Notes: a model not told the origin generated them from the letters alone. A stretch of 64,000 nt of DNA from an uncultured Armatimonadetes bacterium (GCA_963717145.1 OY970325.1:1504001-1568000); one strand, 5' to 3'. Shown: positions 54,687-64,000, numbered from the stretch's first letter. Numbers and translations: made by a program.

Positions 54687-56105
54687 CTATGTCTTGTCCT
54701 CCATTGTGCTTTGACCGGCGATTCCCGGGTGGGTCATCTCGGTCGGGGAGAGGATGGTGTCGAGCTGCTTCTTGGTGAAGAGCTTCTTTTCAAGGGCAAG
54801 CTCGCGGATCGTCCTGCCGGTCGCGAGCGCCTCGCGGGAGAGTTCGGACGCCGCCTCGTAGCCGATGTAGGGCGAGAGCGCCGTCACGAGCGTGAAGCTG
54901 TTCTCCAGCAACTCGGAGCATCGCGCTTCATCGGCCTCGATGCCCTTGATGCACTTCTCGGCGAGAAGACGCGCCGCCGCAGTGAGCATATCGAACGACT
55001 GGAAGAGGTTGTGCGCCAATGCCGGGATGAACGCGTTCAGCTCGAGCTGGCCGTTCATCGCACAGAGTGTGATCGCCTGGTCGTTCGCCATCACCTGGAA
55101 CGCGACCTGACTGACCGCCTCCGTGACGACCGGGTTCACCTTCCCCGGCATGATCGACGATCCCGCCTGAAGCTCCGGCAGCTTGATCTCCCCCACCCCG
55201 GCGCGCGGCCCGGAGGAGAGGATCCTCAGGTCGGAGGCGATCTTCGCCAGGTCGGTCGCCGCCGCCTTGAGCATCCCCGAGACCTCGACGAACATGTCGA
55301 AGTTCTGCGTGGCATCGATCATGTTCTCGGCGCGCGCAAGTCCGACGCCGGTGAGGTCGCGGAGGATATCGACGACCTGGAACACGTACTTCCGGTCGGC
55401 GTTGAGCCCGGTTCCGACCGCCGTACCGCCGAGGTTCACCTGCCTGAGCCGCTCCTCGACCTTGTAGAGCCGCCACCAGTCGCGCTGGATCGCCTGCGCC
55501 CAGGCCGAAAACTCCTGGCCGAGCGTGATCGGCACGGCGTCCTGCATCTCGGTCCGGCCGACCTTCAGGATGCCGGCGAACTCTTTCTCCTTCTCCTGAA
55601 GCGCGGCCTGGAGATCCGCCATGGCCTGACTCGTGCCCTGAAGGAGCCGGATCGCGGTCAGCTTCACGGCGGTCGGGACGACATCGTTCGTCGACTGCGA
55701 GAGGTTGACGTGATCGAGCGGATGGACGATCGAGTAATCACCCTTCGCGCCGCCGAGGATCTCGATCGCGCGGTTGGCGATCACCTCGTTGGCGTTCATG
55801 TTCATCGAGGTGCCCGCGCCGCCCTGGAATGCATCGGTGATGAACTGATCGTGGAGCGCACCGCCGGCGATCTCATCACAGGCCGACGTGATCGCGTTCC
55901 CAATGCGCTCGTCGAGGTAGCCGGTCCGCATGTTGGCGATCGCGCACGCCTTCTTGACCAACGCGAGCGAGCGGATCAGTTCCCGATGGATGCCAAGCCC
56001 CGAGATGCGAAAGGTCTCGGCGGAACGGAGCGTATGGATACCGTAGTAGGCATCAGCGGGCACTTTGAGAACGCCCAAGAGATCATGTTCCTGCCTGCTT
56101 TTCAT
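54687..56105 (-). CDS. aspA: aspartate ammonia-lyase
   Basis: QGGAGTSMNMNANEVIAN, SQSTNDV, GRTEMQDA, GSSIMPGKVNPV, QLELN. Confidence 0.92.
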   Translation of the reverse strand: MKSRQEHDLLGVLKVPADAYYGIHTLRSAETFRISGLGIHRELIRSLALVKKACAIANMRTGYLDERIGNAITSACDEIAGGALHDQFITDAFQGGAGTSMNMNANEVIANRAIEILGGAKGDYSIVHPLDHVNLSQSTNDVVPTAVKLTAIRLLQGTSQAMADLQAALQEKEKEFAGILKVGRTEMQDAVPITLGQEFSAWAQAIQRDWWRLYKVEERLRQVNLGGTAVGTGLNADRKYVFQVVDILRDLTGVGLARAENMIDATQNFDMFVEVSGMLKAAATDLAKIASDLRILSSGPRAGVGEIKLPELQAGSSIMPGKVNPVVTEAVSQVAFQVMANDQAITLCAMNGQLELNAFIPALAHNLFQSFDMLTAAARLLAEKCIKGIEADEARCSELLENSFTLVTALSPYIGYEAASELSREALATGRTIRELALEKKLFTKKQLDTILSPTEMTHPGIAGQSTMEDKT

Positions 56106-56229
56106 GCGCGCATTATATCACGTCGAGGGATGCCGGGGGAGTCCTGGTGCTTCGGCAGCGCCACTGCGTTCTGCTGCCGAAGCGTCGATCAGGGGATAGG
56201 GCCGGGGGTGAGCCCCGGCCCCCAGTGCA

Positions 56230-56972
56230 TCATGCAGGCTGCCTGCAGCCCTGCCAGTAGTCGTAGTACACGTCGAGGTCTTCGGTGCCCTCGGTGTACT
56301 CGGGGCCGCCTGAAGATGGTCGGCGGTCATGTCGAGATGCACCAACTGGGTGTCCTCATCGGCCTCGAGCAGGTCGAGAGGGATCAGCGTCAGCCTCTCA
56401 TCCATCTTCCAGTATGCGCCATAGCTGACCACCGCCAGTCCACTACGATCATCCGACATCAAGTCGCTGATCTCACCGATCTCGTGGCCGTGGCTGTCCA
56501 CGAGCTTCCACCCGGTGACATCGATGGCGAGCATCGCTTGCTCTTCTTCCTCGGCGAGCAGATCGGTCTCCCTCTGCTCCCAGTAGTCGTAGTAGCGGCC
56601 GAAGTCACACAGCTCCTCGCCGTACTTCGGAGCTTCCTTGAGGTCCTCGTCGGTACCGAGCAGCAGCGCCTGCTCGCGCTCCGCATCCAACTCGAGCCAG
56701 TCGATCGGCACGAGAGTCCGGCTCTTGTCGTCGAGGCTGACGAGAGCCATGACCGCGGCGCCCGCTTCCTCGCTTACCATGAGGTCGTCAACCGTGCTCA
56801 TCCGGTCGCCATTCTGGTTCACGATCGCCCAACCACGGACATCCGGCTCGCCCTCGACGACCTGCCAGTCCACCATATCGGTGAGCTTCCTGAGATCGTC
56901 CGGCCGCTCGACGTAGTAGTCGTATTCCACCGTTTCGACGATCTCCTCCACGTAAACACGCTCTTCCATCAT
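56230..56972 (-). CDS. acidic protein with two PRC-barrel domains; apparent -1 indel near 56301
   Basis: EPDVRGWAIV...VDDLMV and DVTGWKLVD...IGEISDLM; restoring one G gives APEY...YYDYWQ...stop at 56230, matching the first repeat. Confidence 0.75.
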
Positions 56973-57034
56973 TACCTAACCTCCTTGTACGATGATGTCC
57001 CAGGCCTAATCCGTATACCCGCTCGGCGCGCTCA

Positions 57035-57466
57035 TTACGCGGCCGCCCAGTAGTCGTAGTGGGGATCAAGATCCCCGCTCACAGGATCGTATTCCGGCGC
57101 ATCATGAAGGTGATGGAGCGACCCGGTGAAGAGCACGCGGCTGTCCGGTATATCGAGTTCCAACCTGTCCACGGGAATGAGTATCCGCCGGTTGCTCAGG
57201 TGGCGATGGATGCCGTAATCCACGCTACTCTCTCCGATGACCTCCCCAGTGTTCAGGATTGCGAACACCGCCCGGGCAGTATCGGTACTGACGAGCACGT
57301 CTTCGACAGCGCCGATGGGCATCCCGTGCTCCTGCTCGTAGACAGCCCATCCTCGGATATCGGGTTCTCCCTCAGCCGGTTGCCAATCCGGTAGATCGCT
57401 AAGTCGCCGCAGGTCCGTACTGCGAGTAGCAAGTCCTTCGTGAATGTTCGGCTCGAGTTCATGCAT
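57035..57466 (-). CDS. PRC-barrel domain protein
   Basis: EPDIRGWAVY...IGAVEDVLV...ILIPV...APEYD...YDYW. Confidence 0.8.
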   Translation of the reverse strand: MHELEPNIHEGLATRSTDLRRLSDLPDWQPAEGEPDIRGWAVYEQEHGMPIGAVEDVLVSTDTARAVFAILNTGEVIGESSVDYGIHRHLSNRRILIPVDRLELDIPDSRVLFTGSLHHLHDAPEYDPVSGDLDPHYDYWAAA

Positions 57467-57544
57467 TGTGTTCGTCCTTACCGGAGCTTGGCGGTCTGCA
57501 TTCCTTGTCTATCCCGGACACGCAGGGCCTGACCGCACTCGATG

Positions 57545-57575
57545 AGTGTTTACCCTCAAGCCGGTAGAGCTATGC
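57545..57575 (-). promoter_or_regulatory. putative SigB/SigF-type promoter
   Basis: minus strand GCATA-N15-GGGTAAACACT, ~80 nt upstream of the PRC-barrel gene. Confidence 0.5.
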
Positions 57576-57691
57576 ACCCGCGCGATTATCTCAGCACAAA
57601 AAAGGTCACCGCATCCCAGCGTTCCTGCAGGAGTACGCCGAGCCACGGCGAAAGCAAGATTGACATTTCAATCGGAGGTATTCTCTTGCTG

Positions 57692-58390
57692 ATGACCAAC
57701 TCCGCTCGTTTGGCACTTGTTATCGGCGCAGGACTGATTCTGGTGGCGCTCTCCGCGACCGCCGCAGATAAGCCTCTCTTCCTCGACGACGAACAGCGTC
57801 CCTCGGACGCCGTTGTCCTGTTCGACGGCAAAGACCTGTCGCAGTGGGTCCAGGTCGGCTCCGACAAGCCTGCGGGTTGGAAGGTCGCGAAGGGTTATAT
57901 GGAAGTCGGGGGCGGAAACATACGCACGAAACAGGAGTTCATGGATTGCCAACTGCACATCGAGTTCTGGCTGCCATCGATGCCCGACGCGAAGGGGCAG
58001 GCCCGCGCTAACAGCGGGGTCTACCTGCAGGGCAGATACGAGGTGCAGGTGCTCGATTCCTATGGCCTCAGGAGTCAGAGCAACGATTGCGGCGCGATAT
58101 ACGGCGTTGCCGCTCCATTGGTCAACGCGTGCAGGCCGCCCGAGCACTGGCAGAGTTACGATATCCTCTTCCATGCGCCGAAGTTCGACGACACGGGTAA
58201 CCTGGTCACCAAGCCGCGGATCACCGTGCTGCAGAACGGCGTCCTGATCCAGGAGAATGTGGACGTGTTCGGCACGACTACCGCCGGCGCTCCCGGCGAT
58301 CCCAAGACAGCAGGACCGGTGATGCTTCAGGACCACGGCAATCCGGTGAGATACCGGAACGTGTGGGTCCGTCCGCTCCGGGAGATTTAG
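57692..58390 (+). CDS. secreted DUF1080 (3-keto-disaccharide hydrolase-like) protein
   Basis: LFDGKDLSQW, LHIEFW, NSGVYLQ, YEVQVLDS, WQSYDI, LQDHG, YRNVWV. Confidence 0.85.
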   Translation: MTNSARLALVIGAGLILVALSATAADKPLFLDDEQRPSDAVVLFDGKDLSQWVQVGSDKPAGWKVAKGYMEVGGGNIRTKQEFMDCQLHIEFWLPSMPDAKGQARANSGVYLQGRYEVQVLDSYGLRSQSNDCGAIYGVAAPLVNACRPPEHWQSYDILFHAPKFDDTGNLVTKPRITVLQNGVLIQENVDVFGTTTAGAPGDPKTAGPVMLQDHGNPVRYRNVWVRPLREI

Positions 58391-58454
58391 AGCAGACGGG
58401 GGCTCGGCTGGGATATGTGTCATATTTGTGACCGAATTATGCCTAAAAAAGTTC

Positions 58455-58483
58455 TTGACAAGTCTTGACAAGAGTAGCATAGT
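58455..58483 (+). promoter_or_regulatory. putative sigma70 promoter within a TCTTGACAAG direct repeat
   Basis: TTGACA-N17-CATAGT; tcttgacaag occurs twice with 10-bp period. Confidence 0.5.
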
Positions 58484-58689
58484 GGAGTATCAGCGATTTG
58501 CCAATCGCATGGCACGGAAGAACATCATAGTGATAGCGAAAATCCCAGTCCTCTCGCGTACCTCGTTGTACGGGTCGGCTTCTCATGAGTGGACAGCGTG
58601 ACGGGACCTGCAGTTCGTGTGGGTTCCCGGGGTTATTATAGACCGCATTTCCATTCCAGGAACGCAGCATGGAGGTTGGATGACAGCGA

Positions 58690-58703
58690 TGTAACCGTTT
58701 GCA
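58690..58703. promoter_or_regulatory. LacI/CcpA-type operator
   Basis: TGTAACCGTTTGCA, pseudo-palindrome with central CG upstream of a CAZyme cluster. Confidence 0.5.
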
Positions 58704-58963
58704 TTCAAGGCATCGGTTGAACTCTATCCGATAACCGAATAGGCAATACGAGGATCACCATCCGGCAGAATGCCGACCCGCAGGGTTGGAAGATAAACAG
58801 CAATTCTGTAATCATTTCATTCTGTAGTACCTGTAGTAAAAGCGATCCTGCCATCGCATTCAGGAGGTGGTGCGCAGCCGGCATCTGATACCCGGCGCGT
58901 CCGTAGTGTTTTACCTTGACGGGAGATATGATTCCCCGTATCGATCGGAAAAGGAGCGCAGCA

Positions 58964-59596
58964 ATGCGACGTTCAACATGGGTACTGCTCACGGCACTGG
59001 CAGTGCTAACATTGTGCTTGTCCCAGCAGGCCAATGCAGCGGAGCTTCGAGGCTTATGGGTAGACGCAGGGGGGTCAGGCTACGAGAGCCCGACTGCGAC
59101 CACCACAATGCTTGATTACGTCCAGGCGTGTAACTGCAACGCCGTCATAATCGAGATGCGCAAACGCGGTGACGCGTACTACACGTCGTCCATCGTGCCC
59201 ACGGGGATGAACATAACCCCGCAGGTCGGTTACGACTGCCTCGCAGACATCGTTACCAATGCTCACGACCGGACACTGAACGTCCACGCGTGGGCTGTGG
59301 TCTACCGGGGCTGGACCTTCACGACCCCGGATCACGTCTTCAATACGCACCCCGAGTGGTTCGACCTCACCGCTACACGCGCCCAGTTTGACTCAGCCGG
59401 AAACGGATACCCCGGCGTTGCCCGGACCCACGACGCAACTTCCCTCACGCGATACCATGCGGTGTGTGGGCTCCGGAGTCTCCAGCTTGGCAAGTTCGAG
59501 CGACTATCTTCGGTTCAACATCGAGTACAACTAGCCAAGCACGATTCGGCCAGCTGCAAGTCAGCTGGCCGCCGATTTTACTCGCAGGACAAATAG
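58964..59596 (+). pseudogene. decayed duplicate of the downstream GHL10 gene
   Basis: AAELRGLWVDA...CNAVIIEMRKRGDAYY...HVFNTHPEWF match 59684..; internal deletions remove LDPGHP...FVLDYIR and similarity is lost before the stop. Confidence 0.7.
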
Positions 59597-59683
59597 TTCG
59601 GCGAGTCACGTACCCGGCAGGGGCATGGTGGCCGCCCCTGCCGGGTACAAACGGGTCGCAAACCGACCCAAAGGGAGGTAAAA

Positions 59684-61474
59684 GTGAAGTACATGTACCA
59701 CCTGATTATCTGTGGTCTGCTGCTCTTGTCCATCCTGGCACCGGCAAACGCAGCAGAATTCCGAGCCTTCTGGGTCGACTCCTGGGGCAGCGGCTTCGAG
59801 AGTTCTTCTGCAACCACGACCATGATCAACTACGTTGACTCATGTAAGTGCAACGCGGTGATCGTAGAGGTAAGGAAGCGTGGTGACGCCTATTACGATT
59901 CCAGCTACGAGCCGACCGGCATCAACGTGACCCCGACCGCCGGCTACGACTGCCTGGCGGACATCGTGACCAAGGGCCATAATGCCGGCCTGGAGGTCCA
60001 TCCGTGGGTCGTGGTCTACAGAGTGTGGACCAGCACCACCGCACCGGCGCAAACCAGTCCGAACCATGTTTTCAACACGCACCCGGAGTGGTTCAACCTG
60101 ACAAACACGGGCGCCAAGTTCGATGCCGGCAACAACAGCTATCTCGATCCAGGACATCCCGATGTAGAGAACCACCACATCACCACGTTCATGGAAATCG
60201 TCAATAACTACGACATTGACGGCTTCGTTCTCGACTACATCCGGTACCCGGGAACGACCTGGGGCTACAATGCAACCTCCGTTGCCCGCTACAACGCTGA
60301 GTACGGCCTCTCGGGTAACCCGTCTTCCACCAACACCCAGTGGTCGAACTGGCGACGAGATCAGATCAACAACATGGTCAAGAGGATGTACCTCGAAGCC
60401 AAGGCGGTCAAGCCATACATCAAGATGGGCGCCGCCGTATGGAACAGCTCATCCACGGGCAACAGCAGCTACTTCGCGAACTGGGACCTGTGGATGACCA
60501 ACCACTGGCTCGATTACGCCAGTCCGATGGCCTACACAACGTCGAACACCACCTTCAACGGTTGGGTGAACACGTATTACAACCAGCAGCACGGCCGACA
60601 CGTTTATCCTGCCCAGGGATCGTACATGAATACGATCAGCAACTCCATGACGCAGCTCAACTACGTCAGGAGCAAGCCGATGCCCGGCTCTGAGCCGTAC
60701 AGCTATCGCGTGACAAACAGCGGCACGATCGACAAGACCGCCTTCAAGAACGCGCTGCTCGCCGGCCCGTATGCGACCACTCAGTCTGTTCCGAGCATGT
60801 CGTGGATCAGCAGCCCGACTCTCGGCATGCTGAAGGGATACGTCAGGACGAGCGGCGGCGCGGCGATCTATCCCGCTACCGTCACAATCCAGAGTAAGTC
60901 GACCAAGAACAGTGGCACAGGCTTCTACGGGTTCACTGATCTCTCGACCGGGAGCTACACGGTCTCAGTGACCGCCACGGGCTACAACCCGGCGAGCGCG
61001 AATGTGAGCATTAGCGCGGGACAGGTGACTACCTGCAACCTGACGATGACCACGGGTGGTGGCGGCGGCACCGAGATCATCATCGACAACACGTCGGGAT
61101 CATTCTCGTGCAGCGCCAACTGGTCTACCGGCACGTCATCGACCGACAAGTACGGCACGAACTACCGCTACCGAAGCGTAGCAAACACAACCGATCCGGC
61201 AACCTGGACGCCGAATATCCCGTCGTCGGGGAGCTGGTCGGTCTACGCATGGTGGCCTCAGGGCGCGAACCGATCGAACAGCGCACCGTATATCGTGTAC
61301 TACAGCGGCGGAAACACGACTTACTACATGAACCAGCAGATCAACGGTGGCAAATGGAATTTGCTCACCACGCAGAACTTCGGCACGGGGACAGGATACC
61401 CGACACAGCTCTCGTGCTGGACTAGCGCACAGACGGTCGTCATGGCCGATGCCGTCCGCTGGTTACAGCAGTAG
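59684..61474 (+). CDS. secreted GHL10/DUF187 (YddW/DigH-like) glycoside hydrolase + carboxypeptidase-regulatory-like + golvesin/Xly-CBD-like domain
   Basis: EFRAFWVD, VRKRGDAYY, GLEVHPW, YLDPGHP, YDIDGFVLDYIRYP, WRRDQIN, PMAY; C-terminal IIIDN...VYAWW...NQQINGGKWN...MADAVRW. Confidence 0.85.
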   Translation: MKYMYHLIICGLLLLSILAPANAAEFRAFWVDSWGSGFESSSATTTMINYVDSCKCNAVIVEVRKRGDAYYDSSYEPTGINVTPTAGYDCLADIVTKGHNAGLEVHPWVVVYRVWTSTTAPAQTSPNHVFNTHPEWFNLTNTGAKFDAGNNSYLDPGHPDVENHHITTFMEIVNNYDIDGFVLDYIRYPGTTWGYNATSVARYNAEYGLSGNPSSTNTQWSNWRRDQINNMVKRMYLEAKAVKPYIKMGAAVWNSSSTGNSSYFANWDLWMTNHWLDYASPMAYTTSNTTFNGWVNTYYNQQHGRHVYPAQGSYMNTISNSMTQLNYVRSKPMPGSEPYSYRVTNSGTIDKTAFKNALLAGPYATTQSVPSMSWISSPTLGMLKGYVRTSGGAAIYPATVTIQSKSTKNSGTGFYGFTDLSTGSYTVSVTATGYNPASANVSISAGQVTTCNLTMTTGGGGGTEIIIDNTSGSFSCSANWSTGTSSTDKYGTNYRYRSVANTTDPATWTPNIPSSGSWSVYAWWPQGANRSNSAPYIVYYSGGNTTYYMNQQINGGKWNLLTTQNFGTGTGYPTQLSCWTSAQTVVMADAVRWLQQ

Positions 61475-61710
61475 AGTAACAGAGCAGTAAGTGATCGAGG
61501 TCTGAACGTGGTAGGGGAATGGTGGCCCCCCTACCGGGTTCACCACAGCCGCCGGGGCTCTTCGGAGTCCCGGCGGCCGCAATCACTTCATGCCAACCGC
61601 ACCTCAGGCCGGGCATGGGTCACCACGAAGCACCACAACACTTTTTGGGAGGCTATGCAGGCAAGCACTATCCTCTGACAGGCCTGCGACCCTCCGGGGG
61701 GAAATTCAGG

Positions 61711-63612
61711 ATGAATTCGTCTCGCATGGGAAACGTGCGCGCATTGTTGACTCCTTTGCTGGCAGTGGCGGCGCTTACCACCGTTCTCGCAGGATCGTCG
61801 TTCGCCGCCGACGCCAACAAGCTCTACGGCATTCACTGGTGGGGACACAGCGAGGGCTACTCCGTGGACACCGCTCCGCAGGCTCTTCTGGACGTGCCTG
61901 CCTACTCCGCGTGGGATACGGAGACGATCCTTACCCATTCGGACTACCATTGGTCGGCTCCTTTCTTCACAGGCCTCTACTCGACCCTGTACGGCTGGAA
62001 TGTCAGCCTGATCACCCGCGTCGACTACACCTGGACCGATTGCGTGCCCGCACCGGGAGACGGCAATTACTCCGGCTGGCCCTCGTCCGTGGTGAACAGC
62101 GTAGTCAACCCGCTGAAGAACCAGTCGCATATCTGGATCGTCGGCAACGAGCCGAACATCCTGTGCGGCTCCGGCAGTCTGTGGACGAACAACAGAATTC
62201 AGCCCGCCGACTATGCCGATGCTTATCGACGCGTCAAGAACGCCATCCATGCCACACCCGCCGGCGCATCCGGGGCTCACATGGTGCTCCTGGCCGGACC
62301 GAGCTTCGGGCCCGCGGAAGGCGTGCGCTGGATGGCCGGGGCTGATTACCTGGCTCAGACTCTGAGCTACCTCGCTCCAAGCGAGGTAGACGGGTTCGCC
62401 ATCCATGCCTATGGGTGGGATGTCGGAGGCTTTCGGAACGACTACGAGAGCCAGATCAGGATTATCGACCAGACCGGATTCGGCAACAAGCCGATCTGGA
62501 TCACGGAATTCAATCGCTATACCACGGATGACAACGACGAGCAGTACACCGCCCAGTTTGCCCGTGACGCATTCGCCGATGTCAATGCGCACAACCAAAC
62601 CGTCGGCAGCCGGGACATCGTCGGGCTGACCTGGTTCGTATATGACTCCAATCAGCAGGCAGGCGGCGGCTGGAACAACTATGCCATCGAGTACTGGAAG
62701 GACCACGGCTTCCCGAGCGGTGATTCGAGGGACCTGTGGACGGCGTTCGCACAGACAGTGGACCTGCGCTATCCGGCCGGCGAGTGGAACGGAGGCCTCG
62801 AGGTGGTTGTCGACAATCCATCCTGCACACTGGTCGGCTCCTGGTACACGGGCACCTCTGCAGCGGACAAGTATGGCAGCAACTACTACTACGCCACGAC
62901 AGCCGCCACCGAGACCAAGTCGGCGACCTGGAGGCCGAGCATACCAACGACGGGTGAGTATGACGTATATGCCTGGCACAGCCAGGGGAGCAATCGATCC
63001 GCGGCCGCTCCGCACCTCGTCTCGTGGAATGGCGGATCACAGACCGTCAATGTAAACCAGACGATCAACGGCGGCAAGTGGAATCTGCTGGTCAGCCGGA
63101 AGCAGTTCGCGGCCGGAACGACTGGGACCGTGAAGCTCGGAAACGGCACTGGGGAGACTTCCAAAGTAGTCATCGCCGATGCGATCAGGTTCGATTACTT
63201 CGGGCCTACGGACATCATCCTCGACAACCCGCAGGCGACGTACTCAGGCACATGGTCGACCGGTTCTTCATCGACCGATAAGTACGGAGCCGACTACCGG
63301 TTCGCCCTCACGGCGGCGACTGAAACGGCATGGGCGAAGTGGACGCCAACCATCGTCAGCGGCACCAACTATAACGTGTATGTCTGGTATCCACAGGGCG
63401 GCAATCGGTCGATCAAGGCCCCGTACACCGTCTACTACAACGGCGGCTCGCAGGCGTTCCAGGTGAACCAGACCGGGAACGGTGGCCGATGGAATCTGCT
63501 CACCAACAAGAACTTCGCGGTCGGCACATCCGGCTACGTGAAGCTCGGCAACGGCACGGCTGAGACCTCCAAGGTCGTCATGGCCGACGCCGTGAAGTGG
63601 TCCACGCAATAA
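61711..63612 (+). CDS. secreted clan GH-A-like glycoside hydrolase with two golvesin/Xly-CBD-like domains
   Basis: WIVGNEPN, FAIHAYG, PIWITEFN; two VVDN/ILDN...NQT.NGG.WN...ADA modules; start uncertain (61711 or 61726). Confidence 0.75.
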   Translation: MNSSRMGNVRALLTPLLAVAALTTVLAGSSFAADANKLYGIHWWGHSEGYSVDTAPQALLDVPAYSAWDTETILTHSDYHWSAPFFTGLYSTLYGWNVSLITRVDYTWTDCVPAPGDGNYSGWPSSVVNSVVNPLKNQSHIWIVGNEPNILCGSGSLWTNNRIQPADYADAYRRVKNAIHATPAGASGAHMVLLAGPSFGPAEGVRWMAGADYLAQTLSYLAPSEVDGFAIHAYGWDVGGFRNDYESQIRIIDQTGFGNKPIWITEFNRYTTDDNDEQYTAQFARDAFADVNAHNQTVGSRDIVGLTWFVYDSNQQAGGGWNNYAIEYWKDHGFPSGDSRDLWTAFAQTVDLRYPAGEWNGGLEVVVDNPSCTLVGSWYTGTSAADKYGSNYYYATTAATETKSATWRPSIPTTGEYDVYAWHSQGSNRSAAAPHLVSWNGGSQTVNVNQTINGGKWNLLVSRKQFAAGTTGTVKLGNGTGETSKVVIADAIRFDYFGPTDIILDNPQATYSGTWSTGSSSTDKYGADYRFALTAATETAWAKWTPTIVSGTNYNVYVWYPQGGNRSIKAPYTVYYNGGSQAFQVNQTGNGGRWNLLTNKNFAVGTSGYVKLGNGTAETSKVVMADAVKWSTQ

Positions 63613-63628
63613 GAGAAGGAGTCAAGCA

Positions 63629-64000
63629 ATGAACTACAAGGGCAGATCGAGGGTTTCGCACATACAAGTGGCTTTGCTGGCGGCACTTGCGCTGATCGTT
63701 GCTGCCGCAGGCGCAGCACAAGCACTCCCGGCGCCGGTGATAGTGGACAACACAGATCCCGGTTTCTCAGCATCCGACAGGTGGCATCCGACGACCTTCG
63801 TTCCCGGCTATTACGGCACGAACTACCGTTACAGGGTAGCCGAGCCGGTAAACGATCCGGCGACCTGGGAGTATACCGTCCAGTCCACCGCCAACTACAA
63901 GGTCTACGCCTGGTGGCCGCAATGGTTTCCCCACACCAGTACGGCCCCCTATATCATCTACCACTCAGGCGGCTCGACAACCGTCTGGGTCAGCCAGCAG
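63629..64000 (+). CDS. secreted protein starting with a golvesin/Xly-CBD-like domain (runs off the window)
   Basis: manual translation MNYKGRSR...ALLAALALIVAAAGAAQA LPAPVIVDNTDPGFS...YGTNYRY...YKVYAWWP; AAGGAG RBS. Confidence 0.75.
   Translation, partial: MNYKGRSRVSHIQVALLAALALIVAAAGAAQALPAPVIVDNTDPGFSASDRWHPTTFVPGYYGTNYRYRVAEPVNDPATWEYTVQSTANYKVYAWWPQWFPHTSTAPYIIYHSGGSTTVWVSQQ

Noticed and set aside
54546-57053. 835-aa plus-strand ORF
   Set aside because: Antisense to aspA and the PRC-barrel genes; Arg-rich with no motifs, typical of high-GC shadow ORFs (likewise 23780..25285, 26616..28070, 39828..41093, 61588..63015)
58510-58525. Third sigma54 promoter (TGGCACG)
   Set aside because: No TTGC at the -12 position

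Overview
GC-rich bacterial chromosomal segment with about 55 protein-coding genes and no rRNA, tRNA or CRISPR array that I can see. The gene repertoire (PEP-CTERM protein, many large secreted multidomain proteins, [FeFe]-hydrogenase maturase HydF, ferredoxins, octaheme cytochrome c) suggests an anaerobic or facultative diderm, possibly Armatimonadota; the taxon is inference only. Recognisable blocks: DegT aminotransferase, BlaI-type regulator and orphan ParB; comEA-comEC; a sialidase-like/CBM9-like pair; HtrA followed by three tandem ~650-aa secreted paralogues; two tandem beta-propeller-FN3-polysaccharide deacetylase paralogues; PEP-CTERM and TPR proteins; a sugar ABC transporter-deacetylase-DegT operon; an octaheme HAO-family cytochrome; thiM; aspA...hydF separated by a hairpin-flanked Y1 transposase and vapBC; PRC-barrel genes; and secreted glycoside hydrolases with golvesin/Xly-type C-terminal modules. 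At least seven single-base indels break otherwise intact genes and are probably consensus errors. The most notable unexplained signals: (i) a ~210-bp structured tandem repeat that echoes the last codons of the sialidase-like gene; (ii) a sigma54 promoter driving a ~110-nt terminator-ended RNA with a Phe-rich micro-ORF; (iii) a shared ECF-type promoter motif linking htrA, the tandem STN-like paralogues and two small envelope proteins; (iv) a REPtron-like Y1 transposase plus dispersed GTAG-REP clusters; (v) a candidate amino-sugar catabolic operon. All family assignments are from motif recognition by eye, not database searches.
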